A stretch of 49,559 nucleotides of DNA from a virus (Duplodnaviria; Heunggongvirae; Uroviricota; Caudoviricetes). This document shows, piece by piece, positions 10,027 through 18,689 of the stretch (position 1 is the stretch's first letter; each line of letters opens with the position of its first letter). The DNA lies in the IMG/VR virus record IMGVR_UViG_2563366953_000002, positions 1 to 49,559 of that record; one strand, 5' to 3'. The position numbers and the translations under genes were made by a program. The notes beneath the pieces were generated by a model. That model saw only the letters and a list, made by a program, of their open reading frames with translations. It ran no database searches and was not told where the DNA came from.

Positions 10027-11151
10027 ATGGTTAAGGCTAAAAATATGCCAAATCCCATGCCAAAAACTAAGGCAAACAATGAGCCTTATCGCAAGGTAAA
10101 AATAACGATATGGGATGATCCCAAATTTAGGGCGTTATCTCCTCTGCCTCCAAGTGGACAGAGTTTGTTTATTTATCTGCTGACCAGTCCATTTACCGGG
10201 ATTATTCCTGGGTTGTTTAAAGCCGGGCGGGCAGCAATGGCTGAAGAGTTGGGGTGGGATATCGAAGCCTTTGACTTAGCCTTAGGCGAAGCCATGAATC
10301 TTGGCATAGTGAAAGCAGATATCAAAGCCAGAGTTTTTTGGCTCCCGAATGCTGCGAAACACAATCCGCCAAACTCGATAAATGTCATTAAATCCTGGGC
10401 AAAGGCATTCGCTTTAATTCCTGATTGTCCTCTCAAATGGGAGGCTAGGGAATCGCTGAGAGCCGCGTCCTATGGGGTTTCTGAGGCTTTGGGGATGGCA
10501 TTCGATAAGGCAATCCCTTTGCCTGAGGATAAGCCTAAGGATAAGGCTAATGCTTTGTCATGCGGTATCCAGATAACAGATAACAGATATATAAACCCCA
10601 CACATAACGCGCGCGTGCGCGAGAGTGCTCCGGCCAGTGAGGCAAATGGCGTGCCGTTGCAGACAGCGGAACCTGATTACCTGGAAGGCCTGAACGAACC
10701 CATCGGGAAATTTCCGATGACTGATGGCTGGCATCCGTCGCTGGATTTTCGACGGCGGGCAGCTCTGTGGGGAGTGGCTCTGCCGGAGCCGGAATTTACA
10801 CCAGCTGAACTTGCCGCCTTCCGGGACTACTGGGCAGCGGAGGGGAAAGTTTTCACGCAGGTTCAGTGGGAGCAGAAATTCGCCCGTCACGTAAATCACG
10901 TCAGGGCGCAGGTTAAACCAGTCAGCAAGGGGGTGAACCATGCAGCAGCACCAGGTGGCACCGCATCACGGGCAGTTCAGGAAATTCGGGCAGCACGTGA
11001 GCAGTGGGAACGTGAAAACGGATTTATCAGCGACGGAAACGGCCTGGAAGTTGTGGGAACTCATGGGGGAGGTTTATTCGAACCGCTGGACCCAGAAGAA
11101 CGGGGCCGCACCTTCGAAGCTCTGGATTGCACAGATTGGTGCGATGACTGA
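10027..11151 (+). CDS. putative replication initiation protein (O-like / replisome organiser)
   Basis: ORF 9973-11151 trimmed to the ATG at 10027 (GAGG upstream). Sits directly upstream of the P-like gene and contains iteron-like repeats; the C-terminal tail resembles the part of lambda P upstream of its helicase-loader domain. Confidence 0.5.
   Translation: MVKAKNMPNPMPKTKANNEPYRKVKITIWDDPKFRALSPLPPSGQSLFIYLLTSPFTGIIPGLFKAGRAAMAEELGWDIEAFDLALGEAMNLGIVKADIKARVFWLPNAAKHNPPNSINVIKSWAKAFALIPDCPLKWEARESLRAASYGVSEALGMAFDKAIPLPEDKPKDKANALSCGIQITDNRYINPTHNARVRESAPASEANGVPLQTAEPDYLEGLNEPIGKFPMTDGWHPSLDFRRRAALWGVALPEPEFTPAELAAFRDYWAAEGKVFTQVQWEQKFARHVNHVRAQVKPVSKGVNHAAAPGGTASRAVQEIRAAREQWERENGFISDGNGLEVVGTHGGGLFEPLDPEERGRTFEALDCTDWCDD
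10504..10625. repeat. iteron-like direct repeats with AT-rich and alternating-GC tracts (candidate ori)
   Basis: GATAAG(G/C) three times (about 10504, 10527, 10540) and AGATAACAGATAACAGATAT (about 10571-10590), followed by ATATATAAA and ACGCGCGCGTGCGCG; inside the O-like gene, as the origin is in lambda O. Confidence 0.4.
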
Positions 11152-11605
11152 GCAGCAAATCCGACAGGTCTGCCGCCAGTGCATGGACCGCTGCCGGACG
11201 GGTGAAACATGGCCTCCGGACCTGGCTGAGTTTGTGGCGCTGATTTCGGAAAGCGGGGCCAATCCATTCGGTCTGACGGTGGATGCTGTGATGGAGGAGT
11301 ACCGACGCTGGCGCAACGAGTCCTGGCGATACGACGGAAGCGATAAATACCCGTGGTCTCAGCCTGTGCTGTATCACATTTGCCTCGAGATGCGTTCAAA
11401 GGGGATTGAGCGCCAGATGACCGAAGGGGAGTTAAAACGACTTGCAGAACGGCAACTGGCGAAATGGGCAAAGCATGTTGGTGACGGCTTCAGCGTTCCG
11501 CCCGTACGGCGGCAACTGGCAGCACCAGAACGCCCGTCGGGGCCAACACCAATTGAGTTGCTGAAACAGGAATATGAACGCCGGAAAGCGGCTGGTTTTG
11601 TTTGA
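11144..11605 (+). CDS. lambda P-like replication protein (helicase-loader domain)
   Basis: ATG at 11144 overlaps the O-like stop. The product ([12 protein letters not shown]...[13 protein letters not shown]...[15 protein letters not shown]...[21 protein letters not shown]...) aligns by eye with my recollection of the C-terminal two-thirds of lambda P. The same frame is open upstream to 10940. Confidence 0.6.
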   Translation: MTEQQIRQVCRQCMDRCRTGETWPPDLAEFVALISESGANPFGLTVDAVMEEYRRWRNESWRYDGSDKYPWSQPVLYHICLEMRSKGIERQMTEGELKRLAERQLAKWAKHVGDGFSVPPVRRQLAAPERPSGPTPIELLKQEYERRKAAGFV

Positions 11606-11638
11606 GTTGATAAGTAATTTTACCGGGAGGAAATTTTA

Positions 11639-12394
11639 ATGGAGACTGTTTTTGACGCACTGAAAGCAATGGGAAAAGCCACATCCATAGAACTTGCTGC
11701 GCGACTTGATATCAGTCGTGAAGAAGTGCTGAACGAACTATGGGAACTGAAAAAAGCTGGTTTCGTTGATAAAAGCGCGTACACCTGGCGTGTGGCTGAT
11801 AACAACGTTCAGCAGGAACAGCCAATGCAGGCAGAACTGCCGGAAGAAACCACCACGGCAACAGTAGCGAAAATCTCAGAGTGCGATTTAACTGCGACGA
11901 TTGAGCAGCGTGGACCACAAACGGCGGATGAACTGGCTACGCTGTTTGGTACAACATCCCGCAAAGTGGCTTCAACGCTGGCAATGGCAATCTGCAAAGG
12001 ACGCCTGATTCGCGTAAACCAGAACGGTAAATTTCGTTACTGCATACCGGGCGATAATTTACCAGCAGAGCCGAAAGCTGCATCGGTAACGGAAAATGAT
12101 GGTAAAGCCTTTCCTCAGCCAGCAGGTGTTGCGTTACCAGTACAGGAAGCTGCAACACAGGAAGATATTAAAACAGAAACTGTGGCGGACATTGTGCAGT
12201 CGCTGCCATCGTTTACTGAAACGCGAGCTGATGATCTGATTTTGCCATCGCTGCATCTGGCAAACCGCGAACTGCGTCGGGCGAAAAATCATGTCCAGAA
12301 GTGGGAGCGAGTCTGCGCCGCGCTGCGGGAGCTGAATAAATATCGCGATATTGTCGCCCAGCTTTGCCAGGAGGAAACCAGTGAGCAACATTAA
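11639..12394 (+). CDS. hypothetical protein with two winged-helix-like segments
   Basis: 251-aa ORF with ATG at 11639 after GGAGGAAA; two HTH-like stretches (..[30 protein letters not shown].. and ..[35 protein letters not shown]..). Confidence 0.45.
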   Translation: METVFDALKAMGKATSIELAARLDISREEVLNELWELKKAGFVDKSAYTWRVADNNVQQEQPMQAELPEETTTATVAKISECDLTATIEQRGPQTADELATLFGTTSRKVASTLAMAICKGRLIRVNQNGKFRYCIPGDNLPAEPKAASVTENDGKAFPQPAGVALPVQEAATQEDIKTETVADIVQSLPSFTETRADDLILPSLHLANRELRRAKNHVQKWERVCAALRELNKYRDIVAQLCQEETSEQH

Positions 12395-12935
12395 TTACCA
12401 GGCACTGCGAATGGCGGCAGAAAATGCAACCCCTGGCGAATGGTGTTCTGATGATTATGGGTTAATTGCTGATGCCGGACTGAACGCAAATTACTACATA
12501 GCATCATGCTCAGGACCAGATAATCGCGCCAATAAGCGATTCATAGCAGCAGCCAATCCGGCTACCGTGCTGGCACTGCTGGATGAACGGGAAGCCCAAA
12601 GCAAACGCATTGCAGAGCTGGAGACTAATCTTGCTGCACTTTCGGCGGAGAATGCGGGGCTGAATAAATTTATCGTACAGAGTTGCTACGTGTTTGATGG
12701 CGAGCAGGATGAACTATCTGATGCCTATATCTGCGCAATAGACGGAAGGATGCCGCAAATCCCAGCCACCGACGCTTTCTTGTCGGATGTGCGGGCTGGG
12801 GCATTTAACGACCTTTGCGCGGCGTTTGTCAGGCACGCAAAAGTTGCAGGACTGGATGATGCCGATACCGTAACGCTTAAGGAAGTGACAGATGCGCTGC
12901 TGCATTGTGCAGAACAGCTTCGTATATCTGAATAA
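12381..12935 (+). CDS. Ea22-like protein
   Basis: GTG at 12381 after AGGAGG, overlapping the upstream stop; N-terminus [21 protein letters not shown] resembles the ead/Ea22-like family as I recall it. Confidence 0.45.
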   Translation: MSNINYQALRMAAENATPGEWCSDDYGLIADAGLNANYYIASCSGPDNRANKRFIAAANPATVLALLDEREAQSKRIAELETNLAALSAENAGLNKFIVQSCYVFDGEQDELSDAYICAIDGRMPQIPATDAFLSDVRAGAFNDLCAAFVRHAKVAGLDDADTVTLKEVTDALLHCAEQLRISE

Positions 12936-13034
12936 TTAAATTTAGAACTGTAAATAAAATTTAATCCTTAACCGGAGGGGGTTCTGCACCCTCAGAACAT
13001 CAGGATGCCGCCCGAAAGGGCGGTGGAGATAATA

Positions 13035-13550
13035 ATGGAAATAACCAAAGAACGATTATTGGAAATAGCAAATCTTAGTGATAGGGTATTAAGTGATGAG
13101 AGAATTATTTCTCCTGATGCTTATGAATCAGTTACAAGTATAGAAATAATAACGATGGCCAGGATGCTTCTTGCTTGCTTCAAAAAAGAATATAAAAAAC
13201 AGGTAGATAGCAATGCTAATATATATGATATTTTGGACAGTTGGGGAGCTTGGGCTGCAGCTGGAAATAGTTCTGTCAATTGGCGGAAAGTAGCTGATAA
13301 ATATAAAAGTGTTGTACCTTATGGTAAAAAACTACGTCGTCAGTGCAGCGATGATGAGGGGCGTATGATTGATGAATGGATATTGAGGCTAGGGGAATAT
13401 AAAAATGAAGAATATGAGTTAATTATATCTCATTTTGTTATGGGAATATCTTTGCGTTCTATTTCCAAAGGAAAAGGTTGTTCTGAAGGCACGATAAGGA
13501 AGAATTTGCAAACAGCACTTGGATTTATAGAAGGGATAAGTTTGTTATGA
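13035..13550 (+). CDS. Q-family antiterminator paralog 1 (QuuD-like domain with N-terminal extension)
   Basis: ATG at 13035 after GGAGATAATA. The C-terminal 100 aa (..DSWGAWAAAGNSSVNW...RRQCSDDEGRMIDEWILRL...ELIISHFVMGISLRSISKGKGCSEGTIRKNLQTALGFIEGI) aligns with my recollection of DLP12 QuuD. AT-rich coding sequence. Confidence 0.6.
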   Translation: MEITKERLLEIANLSDRVLSDERIISPDAYESVTSIEIITMARMLLACFKKEYKKQVDSNANIYDILDSWGAWAAAGNSSVNWRKVADKYKSVVPYGKKLRRQCSDDEGRMIDEWILRLGEYKNEEYELIISHFVMGISLRSISKGKGCSEGTIRKNLQTALGFIEGISLL

Positions 13551-13558
13551 TAAAAACT

Positions 13559-13585
13559 AGGGAGGCGAGTCACCTCCCTGGTTTT
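13559..13585. terminator. bidirectional intrinsic terminator
   Basis: Hairpin AGGGAGGcgagtcaCCTCCCT with U-runs on both sides, between the convergent Q1 gene and the membrane-protein gene, whose stop codon lies inside the stem. Coordinates approximate. Confidence 0.45.
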
Positions 13586-14118
13586 ACATTTTGTTTTAGC
13601 AATATTCTAATGTTTTGTCTAATTATGATGAGGCAATGCAAAAGGAGAATTATTGTTAATATGGCTAGCCAGACACAAAAGAGACATGCGTATAGATTTG
13701 TTGATAGCCCAATAGTGAATTGTGATATTGCTGTCGTAAGTGATAACAGTATGGCAGTGTTAATAAATGATGATAAATTATCTAATGGTTTATACAAATC
13801 ACCATCATTAATTTTATCAATTGGCGTGCCAGTGGCGTTACTGTAAATAGCTCTATAATCTGGAGTTGAAAAAACTTTGTCACGTAAATTTACTATGACA
13901 AAAGTGTGTAGGCTCAATAAAAATGAACCGACGGAAATAAATCCTGAGAAAAGATATCCGCGTAAATTTCTATGATAAAAATCAAAAAAAACTTCGCTAA
14001 CTCTTGGAGTGTTTTTGTATAACAAAAACAGCCCCAGTAATACTAGGGCAGAAAATCCAAGCAGTATCACGTATTGATGTTTTAATTTTCTATTTATTAG
14101 CCATTCATATAAAGGCAT
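13570..14118 (-). CDS. polytopic membrane protein (four predicted TM helices), cargo-operon component
   Basis: 182-aa ORF with ATG at 14118. Four hydrophobic stretches (VILLGFSALVLLGLFLLY, GYLFSGFISVGSFLLSLHTFVIV, FINTAILLSLTTAISQFTIGL, LYACLFCVWLAILTIILLLHCLIII); very AT-rich; the start overlaps the upstream ORF by 14 nt, suggesting translational coupling. Confidence 0.55.
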   Translation of the reverse strand: MPLYEWLINRKLKHQYVILLGFSALVLLGLFLLYKNTPRVSEVFFDFYHRNLRGYLFSGFISVGSFLLSLHTFVIVNLRDKVFSTPDYRAIYSNATGTPIDKINDGDLYKPLDNLSSFINTAILLSLTTAISQFTIGLSTNLYACLFCVWLAILTIILLLHCLIIIRQNIRILLKQNVKPGR

Positions 14119-15035
14119 ATCTATTAGCCCCGTTTAGTATCTCATCTTTTATCATACCAAAAATAGGGTTTGTTGTATAATTGTCGCTTGTCAATCCATC
14201 TACTTTTTCGGCAATTGTATCAAAATCGTACGATTCGAAGAAAGTTGGACAATTCATAAAATCAATGACTTTTTCAAACCCAGCATGATCTACAGCTGTA
14301 ACTCTTGCTTTAACTATCCCCCCCCATTTGTTTATAGATATCATACATATGTTGAGATAGCGCTTGGATTTTCGTCTTATCCCCAGCATTAAAAGTCATG
14401 TCTATAGTGGTAGTGTTTGCAAATGGTTCAAGAGCTGTCATTGGCCCACCTTTAAAATCGATATAATTAAATTTAAATATAGTTTTTTTAATTTCTTTGA
14501 ATTGCCCTAAGATTTTTTTTATATCATCTTTATTCGTCATAATTTGAAATGATAGTCTGTCCTTATATTTTTTGTTTACAGCTATGATTTCTTTATGCTT
14601 TGGTTTATCCCCTAATGCTTTAACTTCTTTAGCATTTAGTTCCCTAATAAATTCATTGCTAATTGTCTGAAAGTGAGAGAACAGATTGTTCAGACTGCAT
14701 GAACCACGGTGGTACATGTAAAGTCCGGTAAGATTGGATTTTTTTATTAAGAAAAAATTGAAGTTGGCAAGTTTATCATTGCCCGCAAGATCTTCGATTT
14801 TCAGCTGAAACTTTCCACCCGTAAATTGTGATTTACAGTTCTTTTTTTGGTTTCGAAAGGTTACCACCAGACCATAATAATAATCATCATTTACGTCCGA
14901 TATCAGTATCCTACGAGTATAGTCGATACGGTTATGCTCCCTTGTTGATGCTCTAATAAAAGCTTCCATCACATCAGCTGTGTTAACGTTTGGGTTTGGG
15001 TTACTTATTGAAAAACCAATGCTTTTAACTCTCAT
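14105..15035 (-). pseudogene. frameshift-interrupted cargo gene: 241-aa ORF (14310-15035) continuing in a second frame (14105 to about 14330) across a G8 tract
   Basis: ATG at 15035 after AAGGTTG. The upstream frame ends ..YKQMGGDS at 14310; the second frame (..WGGIVKARVTAV..) runs to 14105. The two frames cross exactly at CCCCCCCC (14318-14325 on the plus strand); a tract of 7 would give one ORF of about 309 aa. The second frame has no SD of its own. No catalytic motifs recognised. Confidence 0.5.
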
Positions 15036-15367
15036 TTAACAACCTTGATTGTAACAAATTAGCTAACTTTGATAGTTTATTAAAAACTTTATGCGTACGC
15101 AAAAACTATCAACCTCAGGAGGTTAGTTGCTATTCTATTTGCGAGCATTGTCAGTGAAAGAGTTGGCATGGATATACGTGATAGGTAAAATCATTGCGGG
15201 TGCTTGAGGCTATCTGCCTCAGGCATGAACACCAAAAGGCAGATAGAGAAAAGCCCCAGTTAACATTACGCGTCCTGCAAGACGCTTAACATTAATCTGA
15301 GGCCGATTTCATGCTAGACACATGTAGGTTAGCCTCTTACGTGCCGAAAGGCAAGGAGAAGCAGGCT

Positions 15368-15523
15368 ATGAAGCAGCAAAAGGCGATGTTAATCGCCTTG
15401 ATCGTCATCTGTTTAACCGTCATAGTGACGGCACTGGTAACGAGGAAAGACCTCTGCGAGGTACGAATCCGAACCGGTCAGACGGAGGTCGCTGTCTTCG
15501 TAGACTACGAATCTAGAGAGTAA
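15368..15523 (+). CDS. hok: Hok/Gef-family type I toxin
   Basis: 51-aa product MKQQKAMLIALIVICLTVIVTALVTRKDLCEVRIRTGQTEVAVF... matches my recollection of Hok/Gef toxins nearly residue for residue. The ORF track reports the same frame from 15311 as a 70-aa ORF whose extra N-terminus is probably not translated. Structured leader upstream and hairpin plus U-run downstream. Confidence 0.8.
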   Translation: MKQQKAMLIALIVICLTVIVTALVTRKDLCEVRIRTGQTEVAVFVDYESRE

Positions 15524-15593
15524 GAGTGACCAGGCGAGGGATTTCTCCCTCGCCACCTCTGATGAGTCAGGCATCCTCAATGCACCCACACTT

Positions 15594-15620
15594 AACCCGC
15601 TTCGGCGGGTATATTTTATC
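15594..15620 (+). terminator. intrinsic terminator after hok
   Basis: CCCGCttcgGCGGG followed by TATATTTTA. Coordinates approximate. Confidence 0.5.
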
Positions 15621-15991
15621 TGTGAATATTTTTATAAAAATAATGCCCACGCACAGCATAAAACAAAAAGTATTACAGATAAAAAAGGAACGTAATGTGC
15701 AGATTTGTTGTTTTCCATATTTACTCACCTTAATATGATTAATCCTGATAGGGTTGTTATTTCAGCGGTTTTCAAATGAGATATTATGGTGATCTGGCAG
15801 ATTTGCATAACATTAAAATTTAATTTGTTTAACCGCTTTTAATAATAAGCGTTGTTTTTATCCCAGCAATTTGTTGTTTGGTTTTTATTCCATCAATGTG
15901 GGGGCTTTACACTGGAATCAGTTTATTTATACTTTATACGTCAGCCTGAACAACTGGCATCTGCTGCACTGCGCCATCGAGAGATTGAGAA

Positions 15992-16591
15992 ATGGCGCAT
16001 ATACAACTGGTCAAACAAACCTCTTCTGGTTTACTTCTCCCGGCGACGCCGGAGAGTTGCGATTTTCTGCATCAAATCAAAATAGGTGAGTGGATACACG
16101 CAGACTTTAAGCGTGTGCGTAACTACGCATTCCACAAGCGTTTTTTCAAACTCCTGCAACTGGGATTCGATTACTGGACTCCGGTCGGTGGGGCGATCAC
16201 GCCTCGCGAACGAGAACTGCTGTCTGGTTTCGTGGATTACCTGTGCGAATCAGTTGGTCGGGAACACACACCAGCCCTGAGTGATGCCGCAGAGCAATAT
16301 CTAAATACAGTTGCGACACGCAGAACCCGGGATACGGCATTGCTAAAGTCGTTTGAGGCTTTCCGCGAGTGGGTAACCATTCAGGCCGGATTTTACACCG
16401 AGCATCTTTATCCTGATGGTAGCCGTGGGCGTCGGGCGAAATCTATCGCGTTTGCGAATATGGACGAAACCGTGTTTCAGCAGGTTTATAAATCTGTACT
16501 GAATGTGCTGTGGAACTGGATTCTGTTCCGTAAATTTTCCTCTCCGGAACAAGTCGAAAATGTGGCCGCGCAGCTGCTGGAGTTTGCGTAA
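15992..16591 (+). CDS. nin-region protein (YbcN/DUF1367-like)
   Basis: 199-aa ORF immediately upstream of the Cys-rich gene and Q2; N-terminus MAHIQLVKQTSSGLLLPATPESCDFLHQIKIGEW resembles lambdoid nin-region proteins as I recall them. Confidence 0.45.
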   Translation: MAHIQLVKQTSSGLLLPATPESCDFLHQIKIGEWIHADFKRVRNYAFHKRFFKLLQLGFDYWTPVGGAITPRERELLSGFVDYLCESVGREHTPALSDAAEQYLNTVATRRTRDTALLKSFEAFREWVTIQAGFYTEHLYPDGSRGRRAKSIAFANMDETVFQQVYKSVLNVLWNWILFRKFSSPEQVENVAAQLLEFA

Positions 16592-16881
16592 TGGTGGACT
16601 TACGTAAAGCGACGCGGGGGCAGATGTGCACCGTCAGAATTCCTGGCTACTGCAATCACGATCCGGAAACGTCTGTGCTGGCGCATTACCGACTGGCGGG
16701 AACGTGCGGAACAGCGATAAAGCCACACGATATGCAGGCAGCGATTGCCTGTAGCTCGTGCCACGATTTAATCGACGGGCGGGTAAAAACCAGCGATTAC
16801 ACCAAAGAAGAATTACGCCTGATGCATGCAGAAGGTGTTTTTCGCACACAAGAAATCTGGAGAAAGGAGGGATATTTATGA
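16591..16881 (+). CDS. Cys-rich nin-region protein (YbcO/DUF1364-like)
   Basis: 96-aa ORF; ATG overlaps the upstream stop (TAATG); several Cys/His clusters (..CTVRIPGYCNHD.., ..CSSCHDL..); size and position match YbcO-like proteins upstream of Q. Confidence 0.45.
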   Translation: MVDLRKATRGQMCTVRIPGYCNHDPETSVLAHYRLAGTCGTAIKPHDMQAAIACSSCHDLIDGRVKTSDYTKEELRLMHAEGVFRTQEIWRKEGYL

Positions 16882-17414
16882 TTTACCCAACGAATACAGG
16901 AAAAAGCGGAGAACACCTTCGTCTCACCACGCTGGAAAGTGTCTGGATTCAGGGAAAACTACGTATGTGGGGGCGCTGGTCGTATATTGGCGGCGGCAGG
17001 TCAGGGAATATGTTTAACCAGTTGCTGGCATCCCAAAAAATGACAAAAACAGCCATCAATGAAGCCCTGCGCAGATTGAAAAAAGCGGGAATTGATAAAC
17101 CAGAGTTGGAAGCATTTTTGCGTGAGATGATCGAAGGAAAGCAAAAAAGCTGGTTAACTCACTGCACTGATGCAGAGGCACTAAAAATTGATAGTGTTAT
17201 AGGTGAAGTTCTGGCGGATCATCCAGGACTACTAAATGTCCTGAGTCAGCGTTATGTGGGGCGAGGGATGAGTAAGAGAAGGATGGCAGAGTTATTAAAC
17301 GAACAGTACCCAGAGTGGGCGTTGATTACATGCCGACGTCGTGTTGAGCAGTGGTTGCGTGTTGCTGAGTTCATTTTGTATTCACCTATGAGAGAAGCGT
17401 TCGATTATGCTTAA
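16878..17414 (+). CDS. Q-family antiterminator paralog 2
   Basis: ATG at 16878 overlaps the upstream stop, after AAGGAGG. Shares the WG.W...HCTDAEA...LSQRYVGRGMSKRRMAELLN...RRRVEQWLRVAEFI architecture with paralog 1 and QuuD; lies upstream of the tRNA and lysis genes. Confidence 0.55.
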   Translation: MIYPTNTGKSGEHLRLTTLESVWIQGKLRMWGRWSYIGGGRSGNMFNQLLASQKMTKTAINEALRRLKKAGIDKPELEAFLREMIEGKQKSWLTHCTDAEALKIDSVIGEVLADHPGLLNVLSQRYVGRGMSKRRMAELLNEQYPEWALITCRRRVEQWLRVAEFILYSPMREAFDYA

Positions 17415-17510
17415 AAAATCATTGCAAAATGAGCCACAAACTGCTTCAATTTTGGTACGCTTCGCAAAGCTGTATCGCGAGGCGAATCAAGCGCAATTGA
17501 ACTTTAATAG

Positions 17511-17540
17511 AACCCGCCATCGAGCGGGTTTTGTTGTTTC
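17511..17540 (+). terminator. intrinsic terminator downstream of Q2 (tR'-like candidate)
   Basis: CCCGCcatcgaGCGGG followed by TTTTGTTGTTT, about 100 nt after the Q2 stop. Coordinates approximate. Confidence 0.45.
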
Positions 17541-17778
17541 TGCGGTGTTATATAAGAAACGACATTTAATAATCTCCTTCAAAATAAATTTGTTTATATA
17601 TTGTCATGTATATTTTAAGTGAAAGTGAATTATTCACATAAAATAAAAACATATAAATAAATTTACATAACTTGACGCAAAGTGTTGTTGCGATTGGAAT
17701 ATTAAATCGTATCATCGAAAACGGTTCTGAGGGGGAACTCTTCTTTGCTCGGTGATATCGCTCCCCTGAAGAACCAAT

Positions 17779-17854
<76 letters not shown>

Positions 17855-17857
17855 TAT

Positions 17858-17932
<75 letters not shown>

Positions 17933-18295
17933 GCATTTGAAACAAGCCTTATTGTATTGCGGCACTGGCGTATTTTTTATTACGTGGGAGCAGGTTGTTT
18001 TGAAAAAACATTCTGTTCTCTGGCTATGATTTGAGGCCGGGTGTAGCCTCAGTGCTGATTTTTTTACGGCAGCAGAATGGTGCATTATCGGTGGAGATTT
18101 TGTATTTCCTGGCAGGGTCGGTGATGCATCATTCTGGTGTTGTAAATCGCACCATAGAGGCGCTCCTCAGTGCGAGGGTGGTTTAAAGAGTCGGTTTAGC
18201 GGGAAACCACAGTATCCATACAGCACGGAATACTTCGGGAGGCACCCGACGCCTCGGTTTAATAACAATTAAAAAATTCATCCCTTGCATTGACC

Positions 18296-18323
18296 AACCG
18301 CCATATCTGGCGGTTTTTTTTAT
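18296..18323 (+). terminator. intrinsic terminator
   Basis: CCGCCAtatcTGGCGG followed by TTTTTTTT. Coordinates approximate. Confidence 0.55.
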
Positions 18324-18646
18324 TCCTTTCTCAGGACAAAAAAAGACACGAGCATCCAGGAATACTCGTGGGACAACGTCCTTTGGATAGCAATTTGCGA
18401 GAGGGTGAAAAGTAGCGCGGTCGTCGGATTAAGACCGCGGGACAAAGTCCATGAAGAATAATAAGTATTGGCCCCCTTCCGGGGACATGTTCATACTACT
18501 AAGCTTCAGAAGTGGTTTAAATCCTCAAATTAACCTTAATTTCCGATAAGTCTTATTTCATTTCTTTGCGCCACATCTGGTGCGCATCAAATAACGCCAC
18601 GCAAAGGGCATCTGCGGATGCCGGTGCTTTTGACGGGGTGTTTTTT

Positions 18647-18672
18647 ACGGGCCGCTGGTGGCCCTTTTTTAT
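18647..18672 (+). terminator. intrinsic terminator just upstream of the holin gene
   Basis: GGGCCgctggtGGCCC followed by TTTTTT, ending about 18 nt before the holin RBS. Coordinates approximate. Confidence 0.5.
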
Positions 18673-18689
18673 TTACAGGAGAAAAAAGT

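Noticed and set aside
10608-10621. Alternating (CG)n-like tract as a Z-DNA or standalone regulatory element
   Set aside because: Only 14 nt and inside a coding region; treated as part of the candidate origin rather than a separate feature.
11027-11471. Minus-strand ORFs (80-136 aa) overlapping the replication genes
   Set aside because: Antisense to ORFs with recognisable lambda P-like similarity; Arg/Pro/Ser-rich translations typical of GC-rich antisense frames.
15526-15738. 70-aa plus-strand ORF immediately after hok
   Set aside because: Spans the hok 3' hairpin and terminator and runs into AT-rich non-coding DNA; no RBS.
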